From Verrucomicrobiota bacterium (lineage in GTDB: Bacteria > Verrucomicrobiota > Verrucomicrobiia > Chthoniobacterales > Chthoniobacteraceae), in the NCBI GenBank assembly GCA_031367565.1, contig JANLQB010000424.1, positions 1-24,612 on the forward strand: a stretch of 24,612 nt of DNA, read 5' to 3'. Shown here piece after piece: positions 15,659-24,452 of the stretch. Numbering within the stretch: the first letter of the stretch is position 1; every line of letters starts with the position of its first letter. Under the pieces are notes generated by a model. The model did no database searches, was not told where the DNA came from, and saw nothing but the letters and a program-made list of their open reading frames with translations. The translations under genes and the position numbers were made by a program.

Positions 15659-18600
15659 ATGAAAAATCACGGCTTCCATTTTACCCCTTCGATCGAACCT
15701 CTCGAAAGCCGCATCGCACCGGCGGCGATCACCTTCACGGAATTCGACGGCGACATCGTCCGTGTCCTCGTCAGTAAGGGCACCGCCGCTCAAATCACCG
15801 CAGCCGCAAAGATCGGCGGCGGCTTTCTTCAAGAACTGGACCTCGCTGCGAATCCGGCTTTTGCGGATGCGAACGTGACGATCAGCGTGATCGGCGGCGC
15901 GGGTAACGGTCTCGCCGACGTCGGCTTCATCAAGGCCGGTGGGCTGGACCTTGGAAGCGTGAAGGTGGTCGGCGACCTCGGCCGCATCATCGCCGGCGAC
16001 GCGAACACGACGGATGGAAGCGTGATTTCGCTGAATGTGCGGACGATGGGCGCACGCGGGCTCGACACTCAGGCTGCGGGCGGAAATCTGAACAGCAGCT
16101 TTCTCGGAAAACTCGGCTCGCTGAACGCAACCGGCTCGCTCACTGAGGTTTCCATTTTGGTGCGCGGTGGCACCTTCAATCTCGACGGGCAGATCGGCAG
16201 CATCGATATCGGCGGCGATCTCGTCGGCGGAGCGGCGGAGCGTTCCGGGACGATCTACGCGCGCGGTGCGATCGGTTCGGTCCATGTCGGCGGCGATCTC
16301 ATCGGCGGCACGGGCACGGAGTCCGCGAGCATCATCACGGAACGGAAGCTGGACTCGATCGTGGTCGATGGCGAATTGCAGGGCAGCGGCGTGCGCAGCG
16401 CGCGCATTTTCGCTGCGGACGTATTGGGTTTTGCGAAAGTGACAGGGAATGTCCGCGGTGGAAGCGGCGATGATTCCGGCTCGATCTCCAGCTTCACCCG
16501 ACTCGGCACCGTGAGCCTCGGCGGCCAATTGCTCGGCGGAACCGGCGACTTCAGCGGAGCCGTGGGCAGCGGTGGAAACATCGACAAGGTCACCGTCGCC
16601 GATCTCATCCAAGGTGGGGCCGGTTTGAAGAGCGGCGCGGTCCTCGCGGGCGGCAATATCATTTTCGCAAAGACGGGCAATATCACTGGTGGCACCGGGA
16701 TCGAAAGCGGCGCGCTCGGCAGCGAGAAAGGCATCGCAAAGGCGGTCGTGATCGGGAACGTGACCGGCGGCGCGGGTGAAAGGAGCGGATCGATTTTGTC
16801 CACGAACGACATTTCCGTCCTCACCATTCGCGGCTCGCTCAATGGCGGCCAGGGTATCGACTCCGGCATCCTCGGCTCGTCGGGGTTTCTCGGAACGGTC
16901 TTCGTCTCGGGCTCCATCAATGGCGGCAACGGCGCGCGGAGCGGCACGGCGGGCAGCGTAAAGGGAATCGGCAGCATCCAAGTCGGAGGGGATTTGAACG
17001 GCGGGACTGGCAGTTTATCTGGCAGCATCGCCAGTCAGGGATTCATCCAAAACGTCATCGTCGAAGGCTCGCTCCAAGGCGGCCGTGGTTTTCAAAGCGG
17101 CGCGGTCGGGAGCACGAGAGGAATTCATTCCGTCACCGTCGAAGGAAGCCTCCAAGGCTACGTGTTTTCCTCTCCCTCGCCAGGGCTTGGCGGCGGTAAA
17201 GGCGGGCCCGATCCTGGCGAACGATCGGCGATCATTTTATCGAATGGAAACATCGACATCGTGCGCATCGGCGGCTCGCTCGTCGGCGGCGAGGCGGCAA
17301 AAAGCGGCTCCATCGTCAGCTTCGGCACGATCGGGCTCGTCGTCATCGATCAAGACGTGGTCGGCGGCGCGGGCGTCGATTCAGGCAGCGTGTCTGGCGA
17401 AAATGTGGTGACGGATACGGGCACGACCGGCGGCTCGATCCGGCGCGTCATCGTCCACGGAAATATCCAGGGCAGCATCGGCGGAAATTCCGGCAACGTG
17501 CAGAGCAGCGAAAATCTCGGCACGGTGACGGTCGAGGGCAGTCTCAACGGCGGCGAGGGGAACTTCTCCGGCTCGATCATCAGCGGCGGTAAAATCGGGA
17601 CGGTGACCATAGGCGGAGGCGTCATCGGAGGCGGTGGTCAATCGAGCGGAATCATTGAGACAAACGGAGATTTTGAGGCTGGAAACCTGGGCACAGTGAA
17701 TGTGAGCGGGCTTTTGCAAGGCGGCAGAGGCGAAAATTCCGGCACGATTTTCAGCTCGGGAAATCTCGGCAGCGCCACCGTCGGCGGCATCCTCGCCGGA
17801 AGTGGATATTTCAGCGGCGGGATCGGCGCGGCGCTCGATGCGTCGCGGATCGTGATCAATGGTGATCTCGAAAGCGGCGGGACCGACGAAACAGGCAAGC
17901 TTTCCATCGGGGGCGATCTCTCCACTTTGATCATCCGCGGCGACGTGATCGGGAGCGACGGGAACTTCGACACCACCGGAGCCAGCTCCGGGCAATTCGG
18001 GCAGGTTCACGTGGACGGGACCCTGAAATCGCTGACCGTCACCGGCGATCTCATCGGAAGAGACGGCACCTACTCGGGGCAAATTCGGGCACGTGCCATC
18101 ACGACCGCCACGATCGGCGGAGACATCGTCGGCGGAGCGGGCGACGGAAGCGGCGCCTTGGTGGCCGCACTCGGCGATCTCGGGACGGTGAATGTCGGCG
18201 GCGGGCTTTTCGGAGGCATCGGAAACCACGCAGGCTCGATCGCCGCCAGCCGCACGATCGGCACACTCAACATTCTCGAAGTCAACACCACCAGCGAACC
18301 CAATCGCGCCACGATCAGTGCCGGCGGCCGACTCAATCCTACCACCGACGCGCTCGCCGTCGCCATTGGCAGGATCAACGTCACCAATTCCCTCAATTTT
18401 GTAGACATCCTCGCTGGCTACGACATTGACGGCCAGCCCGTGAATCCCGACGCGCAAATCGGCATCGTGAAAATCGGGAAAGCGCCGGGGACAAACACCG
18501 TTCTGCGGGATTCCAACATCGTCGCCGGGATCGGCGCAGGGCAGAATGGATTCTTCGGAGACGGCGACGACACCGTCATTTCCTCAACAACCAACTCCGC

Positions 18601-18808
18601 CAAGATCGTCTCGAAAATCGCCAGCCTCATCATCAACGGCAGCGTCTCCGGCTCAGGAACGTTCGGCGCGGTCGCTCAGGAAATCATCTCGGTCACATTC
18701 TCCGGCTCCCCGATCAAACTGACGCCTGGACCCGGAAACGACAACTTCAGCCATGTCGGAAAGACCGGATTTTCCATTTTGGAAACCGGAGCAATCATCA
18801 TCATGTAA
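15659..18808 (+). CDS. Large Gly-rich repeat surface or secreted protein with N-terminal IEPLESRIAPA motif
   Basis: The probable start is ATG 15659 (MKNHGFHFTPSIEPLESRIAPA). About 26 imperfect ~26-aa repeats span 16193-18274. There is no classical hydrophobic signal peptide. Confidence 0.88.
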   Translation: MKNHGFHFTPSIEPLESRIAPAAITFTEFDGDIVRVLVSKGTAAQITAAAKIGGGFLQELDLAANPAFADANVTISVIGGAGNGLADVGFIKAGGLDLGSVKVVGDLGRIIAGDANTTDGSVISLNVRTMGARGLDTQAAGGNLNSSFLGKLGSLNATGSLTEVSILVRGGTFNLDGQIGSIDIGGDLVGGAAERSGTIYARGAIGSVHVGGDLIGGTGTESASIITERKLDSIVVDGELQGSGVRSARIFAADVLGFAKVTGNVRGGSGDDSGSISSFTRLGTVSLGGQLLGGTGDFSGAVGSGGNIDKVTVADLIQGGAGLKSGAVLAGGNIIFAKTGNITGGTGIESGALGSEKGIAKAVVIGNVTGGAGERSGSILSTNDISVLTIRGSLNGGQGIDSGILGSSGFLGTVFVSGSINGGNGARSGTAGSVKGIGSIQVGGDLNGGTGSLSGSIASQGFIQNVIVEGSLQGGRGFQSGAVGSTRGIHSVTVEGSLQGYVFSSPSPGLGGGKGGPDPGERSAIILSNGNIDIVRIGGSLVGGEAAKSGSIVSFGTIGLVVIDQDVVGGAGVDSGSVSGENVVTDTGTTGGSIRRVIVHGNIQGSIGGNSGNVQSSENLGTVTVEGSLNGGEGNFSGSIISGGKIGTVTIGGGVIGGGGQSSGIIETNGDFEAGNLGTVNVSGLLQGGRGENSGTIFSSGNLGSATVGGILAGSGYFSGGIGAALDASRIVINGDLESGGTDETGKLSIGGDLSTLIIRGDVIGSDGNFDTTGASSGQFGQVHVDGTLKSLTVTGDLIGRDGTYSGQIRARAITTATIGGDIVGGAGDGSGALVAALGDLGTVNVGGGLFGGIGNHAGSIAASRTIGTLNILEVNTTSEPNRATISAGGRLNPTTDALAVAIGRINVTNSLNFVDILAGYDIDGQPVNPDAQIGIVKIGKAPGTNTVLRDSNIVAGIGAGQNGFFGDGDDTVISSTTNSAKIVSKIASLIINGSVSGSGTFGAVAQEIISVTFSGSPIKLTPGPGNDNFSHVGKTGFSILETGAIIIM

Positions 18809-18824
18809 CTGCGACGAGTTCGCG

Positions 18825-21800
18825 CTAGGGCTGAACGGACAACTGAAGGAACATCCTCGGCCGCGACGGGGAGACTGGCAGAGTGCTCCTGCATGTCACC
18901 GTTGCAGTGCCATCGCCATTGTTGTGGGTTCCCACATAGGTCACCGCGGATAGATCGCTTGCCCACGTCCCCAGATTCTCGCTGTATTGAACGACATACT
19001 TGACGCCATCTGCGCCGAGGTTTCGCCGATACGTTATTTTCAAATAATTGTCCGTCCCGATCAACAGGCTAAAAGACGCGATCGAAACCGCCGGCATATT
19101 CTTCGAGGCCGGGTTAGCCATATTCGAGCCCGTGGCATACTCGAAGAAGTCTTTCGCACCGTCGCCATCCGTATCGCCATCCGGCAAGCCGGTAAAAGCC
19201 GCGCCACTTTCCAGACCGGGCGTTCCTCCCACTTGCGCGCTCGAACGCCAGTTTGCACCGTTGTTGTAGTCCACACCCGCCGCGGGATTGTTTAGCACCA
19301 GACTATAGCCACCCCCGATAAGCTGAGGAGGTGCCGAGTTGTCATACACCGGTCCATCCGCATCAACCGGCCACGGCTCCGCTCCTCCGTAAGTAAATTG
19401 AGCGATCGCAGCTCCGGTCGCACCGAGCAGGGTGATTCGTTCGCCGCCGTTTGAAAAACTTCCGGAAAAAGGCCCGGCTATTTTCACCGCCGGAGTATTT
19501 CCATATCGAGAAATAAATGCACTTGCATTTCTTACCACGACAACCCGACCGCCCGGCGGCACCGTCAGGAGCGAAGGGTTATTGGCACCAAAGTTGAAAA
19601 GCACCCCTTCCGTGAAAGCCACATTGCTCAAATCGACATTGCTTGCGCTCACGTTTAGCAATTCGATGTACTCGAAGTCGTTAGTAGAGTAACCCAGCCC
19701 AATCTCCGCGTTCGTGGCATTGACTGGATTATACATGAGCTCAGACACGACTAGATTCGCCGCACTCGCCGGCACCGCATTCACGATGAATGTCGATGTT
19801 GTTAGCGGCGACCAATTTTGGGCATCGTAGAGCCGGGCCTTCACTGTCTGCGAGGCGTTCAGCGTCACGGGCACGGAGTAGGCGGTGCCTGCGGGAAGCC
19901 CCGAAGCGTTACGCGGATCGCTGCCATCGGTCGTATAGTAGATCGTGCCTCCGGCATAGGAATAGTTAGCGGGAGCCGTGCCCGTGTAAGGCGTCATGGT
20001 CAGTTGCGTCCCCGCATTGATATTGCCGCCGTACTTGCTGAAATTTGGCGGTCGGTAGATGACCGATTTCACGGAGTTCTGATTGTCGATCCAAGTGAGC
20101 CGTTGAGTCAGCCAGTCCTTCATGAAATCAACTTCCCCAGTGCTAGCGACACCGTTGCTATTGAAATAAATACGCTGATCAAACCCAGGTGCATTCGGCC
20201 ACAGATAAATTCCAAGAACGGGCCACTTTCGGTAGTGCCGCATCACGGAATTTTCCAGCAGCGGCGCGAGGGGTGCCATGTTGTTCGTTACACGAGTCGT
20301 CGAGCCGTTAAGCAAGGTCGCCGCTTCGGAGTCGATTTCGCCCAGGACGTTTGCCGTGGCGAAAAGCCCGCGCCGCAGTTCCCAGTATAGATCCCAATGG
20401 CGCAGTTCGTATGGATACGCACCCGTCGTGTGCTGATGAAGGCGTGGATACCACGCGTAATCGGCACCAGCGAGTTGCGTGTAGTACCATCCCGTCGGGA
20501 TGTATCCCTCCAAATAATCCGCGTTGCTCAACGCGAGGTTGTAATCCCAAATGGGGCCGTTCTTCACCTTGCCGCCGCGATCTTTCCAAAAATACTGACT
20601 CAGCCGGTAGCCATCGATCTGTTTTGCGATCTCGATGAACCACTGATTGTAGATGAAAGTGTCGCGATCAATGTAAGCTTGGTAACCGGTTGCCGGGTCG
20701 CCGAAATTCGGCCCATTAAGCGCGGTTTCAAAGTTATTGAAATATGTCTGAAGGTAGTTCGTCTGCACGGTGTTCCATTGATCAGGATCCACACTGCCGA
20801 CCTGCACACCACCCGGCGTATTGAAGACGGAGTCGCCGGTATTCACCCGATCGTGTTTCAAAATGTAGCCACCGGTGATCGCGGCAGGATCGGTTGTCAT
20901 GGAATTCAGCTTCTGCAAGTCGACGCGGTCCTTACCGATCTTGATCTTTTCCATGAGCACATAGACTCCGCGATAATCGCTGGCGCTGACAGGCTGGCCG
21001 GGCTCCTGATTAAAAAAGACCTCGCAAAATCTGGGACGCATCGCAAACCCATCGCCCCCAGTGAGCTGGCGCATGCGCGTATAGATTAGAAAATTGCGGA
21101 AGAGAACCTTGTCATCGTACGGTGCGTAGAGCACCCAGTCAGATTCGGCGGGCATTCCGAGAATCGAAGCATCTTTGTCTTTGTTATCATTGTCCCACGT
21201 TTCCCACGCGTATTGCCGTTGCGGGAACCCAGCCGAGCTTGACCCGCGGACGTGGGTTCCGCCGCGACCCTGAAAATCAACGGCCGGCTGAGTTAGACTC
21301 GCCCGGCCGGATCCGGGGTCTCTATCGAGAGTTACCGCGTAACTGAGTCGATAAGGCCGATTGGAACCATCCGTGTAGGTATCAACCGGCACGCCGAAAC
21401 TATCGATAACGATGATGGGCAGGTGCGAACTGAAGACCTGACCAGAGCTATTGTAGTTCGTAAGCGAGGAGTCGATGAGCAGAAAAGTCCGGCTGCTCAC
21501 CGATCCCGGCAGAAGTCCGGGCGTGTAAATCCGGGCGCGGATTGTCGCCGTCGCGGTGACGGTGAACGCTGTGGGAGGACTGGCGGGATTATAAATGGGC
21601 GAGACGGCGCCCGGCTCTGTGTTGTTTAACGTGTATCTCACCACAGCCCCAGGCGCGATTGGAGCGGTAATCGCCACCGGCGTGGAGCCGGTGATAATCC
21701 CTCCCACGCGTGACCAAACCACATCTTCTGCAGGCCCACCCGCTGCCTGTGCGGTGGAATAAGGAAGTTTCAGTCCCGGCGTCGATGGTTGCAGGTAGCC

Positions 21801-23288
21801 GAGCGTCCGACCGGGACTCTTTTCTCCGTACGACACATCCGGATATTGCACGCCGTACGTGAACTCTGTGGCGATCGTCACTCCATCTGGCTTTACCAGC
21901 GCGAGGTAGCCGCCCTCTTTCGGCAACGTGAAATTCGTGTGTAACTGCCCCGTCGCCACGGTCCGATTTTTCCCCGAGGCATACCCTATTTTGTAGGTAT
22001 AAGGAGCCATCGAAATCGACGGAAACGTCCACATCGAGTTGTTTCCCTGCGTGTTCGTCAACCGCCAGCCCGCCAGATTCACCGTCGCATTCTGTCCGTT
22101 GTAAATCTCGATCCAGTCCGGCGAATCCGTATCTTCGTCTTGTAGGACTCCGCCATTGTCCGCCATGAATTCCGAAATAACCGGTCCACCGGTTTCCACT
22201 GGCTGGAGTTGCTGGGTCGTCAGCGAGACGTCGTCCAGAAACATGTCCATCGTATTTGAAGCTTCGCAGCGCGCCGAAAAAGCGAACTTGTTCCCCACGG
22301 CAGGGACAAATCCCGGCGTTGACAGATCGGTAATCATCGGCGTGCCGTTGACGGTCACGTCGAGCCCATTGTAATCCCAGTGAATCGCAACGGCTCGCCC
22401 ACGGTACGCTCGTTGCGAAATTGACCACTGCTCGTTGGACGTCGCGTTTCCAACCGTGGTTTTCGTCACATAAACCGCCGAGTTTGCCGGCACGACCGCC
22501 GTCGTATCGCTCACCGGATCCGAATACGCACCCACCAGCCCATGATTGATACTCCATGGCCCGCTCGCTCCACCCGTCACCGTCACGGCCTCCCATCCCG
22601 CCACTGCACGCATCGCTGCCTGCACGGTCGCGGCCACAGCGTTGACGGGAATCGGGGCAGTCGTCCCCGCCGACACAGGGTTTGTTAAGGTAAAAGTTCC
22701 ACTGTCCGGCAGGGGCGCATCCGTCAGTGTTGCCGACGGGAAATTCCCAACGCTCACCCCATTGCAGAAGACTTCGATCGAAGGATTATCGCTCCCTCCG
22801 TTATTGAAGACATCCCACGCAATTACGATGCCACTTGGCATCACAAAGCCGCCCTCACCAGCACCATTTCCCGAGGGAATCGCGCCAAAATTCAAAGACC
22901 ATCCCGCGCCTGGAATGGCTCCTGCCGACTGGCGATAGGTCCCGGTATTGAATGTCGCATCCAAGGATTGGATTTCCTTGCCAGCATCAAGATCAGGCAT
23001 CTTCCACGAAGCCGTATTCCCACCCAGCGTCCCCATGAGCTGGAGTCCTTTGTTTCCCTGTGCCCAGACTGCAATTTTTGTGGTGATCGTGCTCGCGGTT
23101 GAGGAAAGCGCGCTCGTATCTCCTCCACCGATCGTCTGCGTGCCGACCGAGCCGCTCGAAAAGTTCTGAGTATAACTACCGGCCCGCAGCGGCATGACGG
23201 TCGCCAGCAGCAAGGAAAACGCGGCTAGGGCAAACAGCCTGAAAGCGGGAAACTGCCGATGCGAGTCGATGGAGGTCTGGATCACCAT
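18825..23288 (-). CDS. Secreted multidomain CotH-family kinase with lamin-tail (LTD) and chitobiase/Fn3-associated-like domains
   Basis: Signal-like N-terminus. LTD starts at VISEFMADN..DWIEIYN and LVVSELMYNP..EYIELLN. YTLNNTEP and YYTTDGSDP blocks are present. The CotH core has VRGSSS, ESDWVL, YRGVYVLMEKIK and GPIWDYN. The C-terminal module is DGDTDGDG..EYATG..QYSENLGTW..FLQLSV. Confidence 0.9.
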   Translation of the reverse strand: MVIQTSIDSHRQFPAFRLFALAAFSLLLATVMPLRAGSYTQNFSSGSVGTQTIGGGDTSALSSTASTITTKIAVWAQGNKGLQLMGTLGGNTASWKMPDLDAGKEIQSLDATFNTGTYRQSAGAIPGAGWSLNFGAIPSGNGAGEGGFVMPSGIVIAWDVFNNGGSDNPSIEVFCNGVSVGNFPSATLTDAPLPDSGTFTLTNPVSAGTTAPIPVNAVAATVQAAMRAVAGWEAVTVTGGASGPWSINHGLVGAYSDPVSDTTAVVPANSAVYVTKTTVGNATSNEQWSISQRAYRGRAVAIHWDYNGLDVTVNGTPMITDLSTPGFVPAVGNKFAFSARCEASNTMDMFLDDVSLTTQQLQPVETGGPVISEFMADNGGVLQDEDTDSPDWIEIYNGQNATVNLAGWRLTNTQGNNSMWTFPSISMAPYTYKIGYASGKNRTVATGQLHTNFTLPKEGGYLALVKPDGVTIATEFTYGVQYPDVSYGEKSPGRTLGYLQPSTPGLKLPYSTAQAAGGPAEDVVWSRVGGIITGSTPVAITAPIAPGAVVRYTLNNTEPGAVSPIYNPASPPTAFTVTATATIRARIYTPGLLPGSVSSRTFLLIDSSLTNYNSSGQVFSSHLPIIVIDSFGVPVDTYTDGSNRPYRLSYAVTLDRDPGSGRASLTQPAVDFQGRGGTHVRGSSSAGFPQRQYAWETWDNDNKDKDASILGMPAESDWVLYAPYDDKVLFRNFLIYTRMRQLTGGDGFAMRPRFCEVFFNQEPGQPVSASDYRGVYVLMEKIKIGKDRVDLQKLNSMTTDPAAITGGYILKHDRVNTGDSVFNTPGGVQVGSVDPDQWNTVQTNYLQTYFNNFETALNGPNFGDPATGYQAYIDRDTFIYNQWFIEIAKQIDGYRLSQYFWKDRGGKVKNGPIWDYNLALSNADYLEGYIPTGWYYTQLAGADYAWYPRLHQHTTGAYPYELRHWDLYWELRRGLFATANVLGEIDSEAATLLNGSTTRVTNNMAPLAPLLENSVMRHYRKWPVLGIYLWPNAPGFDQRIYFNSNGVASTGEVDFMKDWLTQRLTWIDNQNSVKSVIYRPPNFSKYGGNINAGTQLTMTPYTGTAPANYSYAGGTIYYTTDGSDPRNASGLPAGTAYSVPVTLNASQTVKARLYDAQNWSPLTTSTFIVNAVPASAANLVVSELMYNPVNATNAEIGLGYSTNDFEYIELLNVSASNVDLSNVAFTEGVLFNFGANNPSLLTVPPGGRVVVVRNASAFISRYGNTPAVKIAGPFSGSFSNGGERITLLGATGAAIAQFTYGGAEPWPVDADGPVYDNSAPPQLIGGGYSLVLNNPAAGVDYNNGANWRSSAQVGGTPGLESGAAFTGLPDGDTDGDGAKDFFEYATGSNMANPASKNMPAVSIASFSLLIGTDNYLKITYRRNLGADGVKYVVQYSENLGTWASDLSAVTYVGTHNNGDGTATVTCRSTLPVSPSRPRMFLQLSVQP

Positions 23289-23677
23289 AGTAGGGATGTT
23301 TGGGGATGGGCGGGATCTGATTCAATCCGCGCTTGATTTCGGCAACTAACACGCACCCACACACACGCGCAAGTTGCCCATCGCACCGCGGGTCTCCGTA
23401 ATCTCGACGCGGCAATTGTTTGTCGCGTAGTGCTTGAACATCGACATTCGCTGGCTACCATTCCCGGAAAATCCCCCTTGCGCGCCTTCCGATGAAAGTC
23501 TGTTCGACTCTAAAGCAAATTTATTCCGATTTGCGGTCTCACAATTGCTGAATGTTTCTGAAAACTTTCAGACCTCATCGGAAAACGTCTTTCGTCCAGC
23601 CTTTTACAATTTCCAGCCTTTTGCCTGCCCGATTTAGAAAATACAGGTTTATCTCGTTATGCTGCGGGCCAGAACGT

Positions 23678-24286
23678 TTGCATTCTTACGTTCGGGCATT
23701 CTCAGTTGCGTTCATCGTCGCTACTACGTCTGCGCTGGCCGTAGAGACTGGCGAATCCACTGAATCGCCAGCGCCCCCCGAAGCTGCTCCAAAAGCGCAG
23801 GCGGCTCCGGTTACACTCTCCGCGCCGGTCACACCCGCAGCTCCTCCGAAACAGATGGAGGTGGACGTGCCTGCGACGCGGGCAAAATATCCGAACCTTC
23901 TCAAAATTCAGCACTTCAGCACGGTGGACGTGGTAATCATCGGGAGTAAAGCCCGCTTGGGGCTCAAGGAAAACGAGTTAAACGAGTTTGGCGTGTATTG
24001 CTTCGGACAGCTTTTCAAGGGTTACGATATTCAATCTCCGCCGTCTGGCCGCGCGCTGACGGGAGCGAGTGAATACGGCACTCTGAATATCACGGTGAAC
24101 ACGTATCCGATGGGTGTCTCGTGCGAACTACGAATGGGAACCGTGGGAAGTGAAAACACCTGGGTGACCAACGAACTGCGCGTATCGACCACCAACGGCG
24201 GCAAGGATGCGCGCCTGCTGAAAACGACCGTGGCGCAAATGATGGCCAAAGCGGCTTATACGCTGCGGAAGACGCAGGGGAAATAG
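23678..24286 (+). CDS. Hypothetical secreted protein with Pro/Ala-rich linker
   Basis: It lies within the tracked ORF 23552-24286. TTG 23678 gives signal-like MHSYVRAFSVAFIVATTSALA, followed by ESPAPPEAAPKAQAAPV... and a globular domain. The start is uncertain. Confidence 0.65.
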   Translation: MHSYVRAFSVAFIVATTSALAVETGESTESPAPPEAAPKAQAAPVTLSAPVTPAAPPKQMEVDVPATRAKYPNLLKIQHFSTVDVVIIGSKARLGLKENELNEFGVYCFGQLFKGYDIQSPPSGRALTGASEYGTLNITVNTYPMGVSCELRMGTVGSENTWVTNELRVSTTNGGKDARLLKTTVAQMMAKAAYTLRKTQGK

Positions 24287-24390
24287 CGCGGCGGGATAGC
24301 CACGAAGGGGCGCGAAAAGTTTCTCCGGGCAGGTTTTTCCTTGGTCTTCATCTTTGGGTCTTTTGCGCCTTTTTGTGGCCATCAAAGCTG

Positions 24391-24420
24391 AAAACAAAAA
24401 TGGCGTCCGAAGACGCCATT
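24391..24420 (-). terminator. Rho-independent terminator downstream of ssb
   Basis: The minus strand reads AATGGCGTC-TTCG-GACGCCATT then TTTGTTTT: a perfect 9-bp stem, a C(UUCG)G tetraloop and a U tract, 32 nt after the ssb stop. Confidence 0.9.
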
Positions 24421-24452
24421 TCTGAATTTCTCCGAACCGGTCTGCGCCGAAT

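Noticed and set aside
16193-18274. CRISPR array, RTX toxin or DNA tandem repeat as an explanation of the periodicity
   Set aside because: There are no identical DNA repeats with spacers, no cas genes and no RTX nonapeptide consensus. The periodicity is at the protein level.
2510-23288. Polyphosphate from Ppk1 as phosphoryl donor for the CotH kinase
   Set aside because: The genes are 14 kb apart with housekeeping genes between them, and nothing in the sequence links them.
23341-23378. GGCAACT...AGTTGCC inverted repeat around a CA-rich spacer, with a third GGCAAT at 23411
   Set aside because: It has only 7 bp with a 24-nt spacer, which is plausible by chance. There is no U tract and no known operator match.
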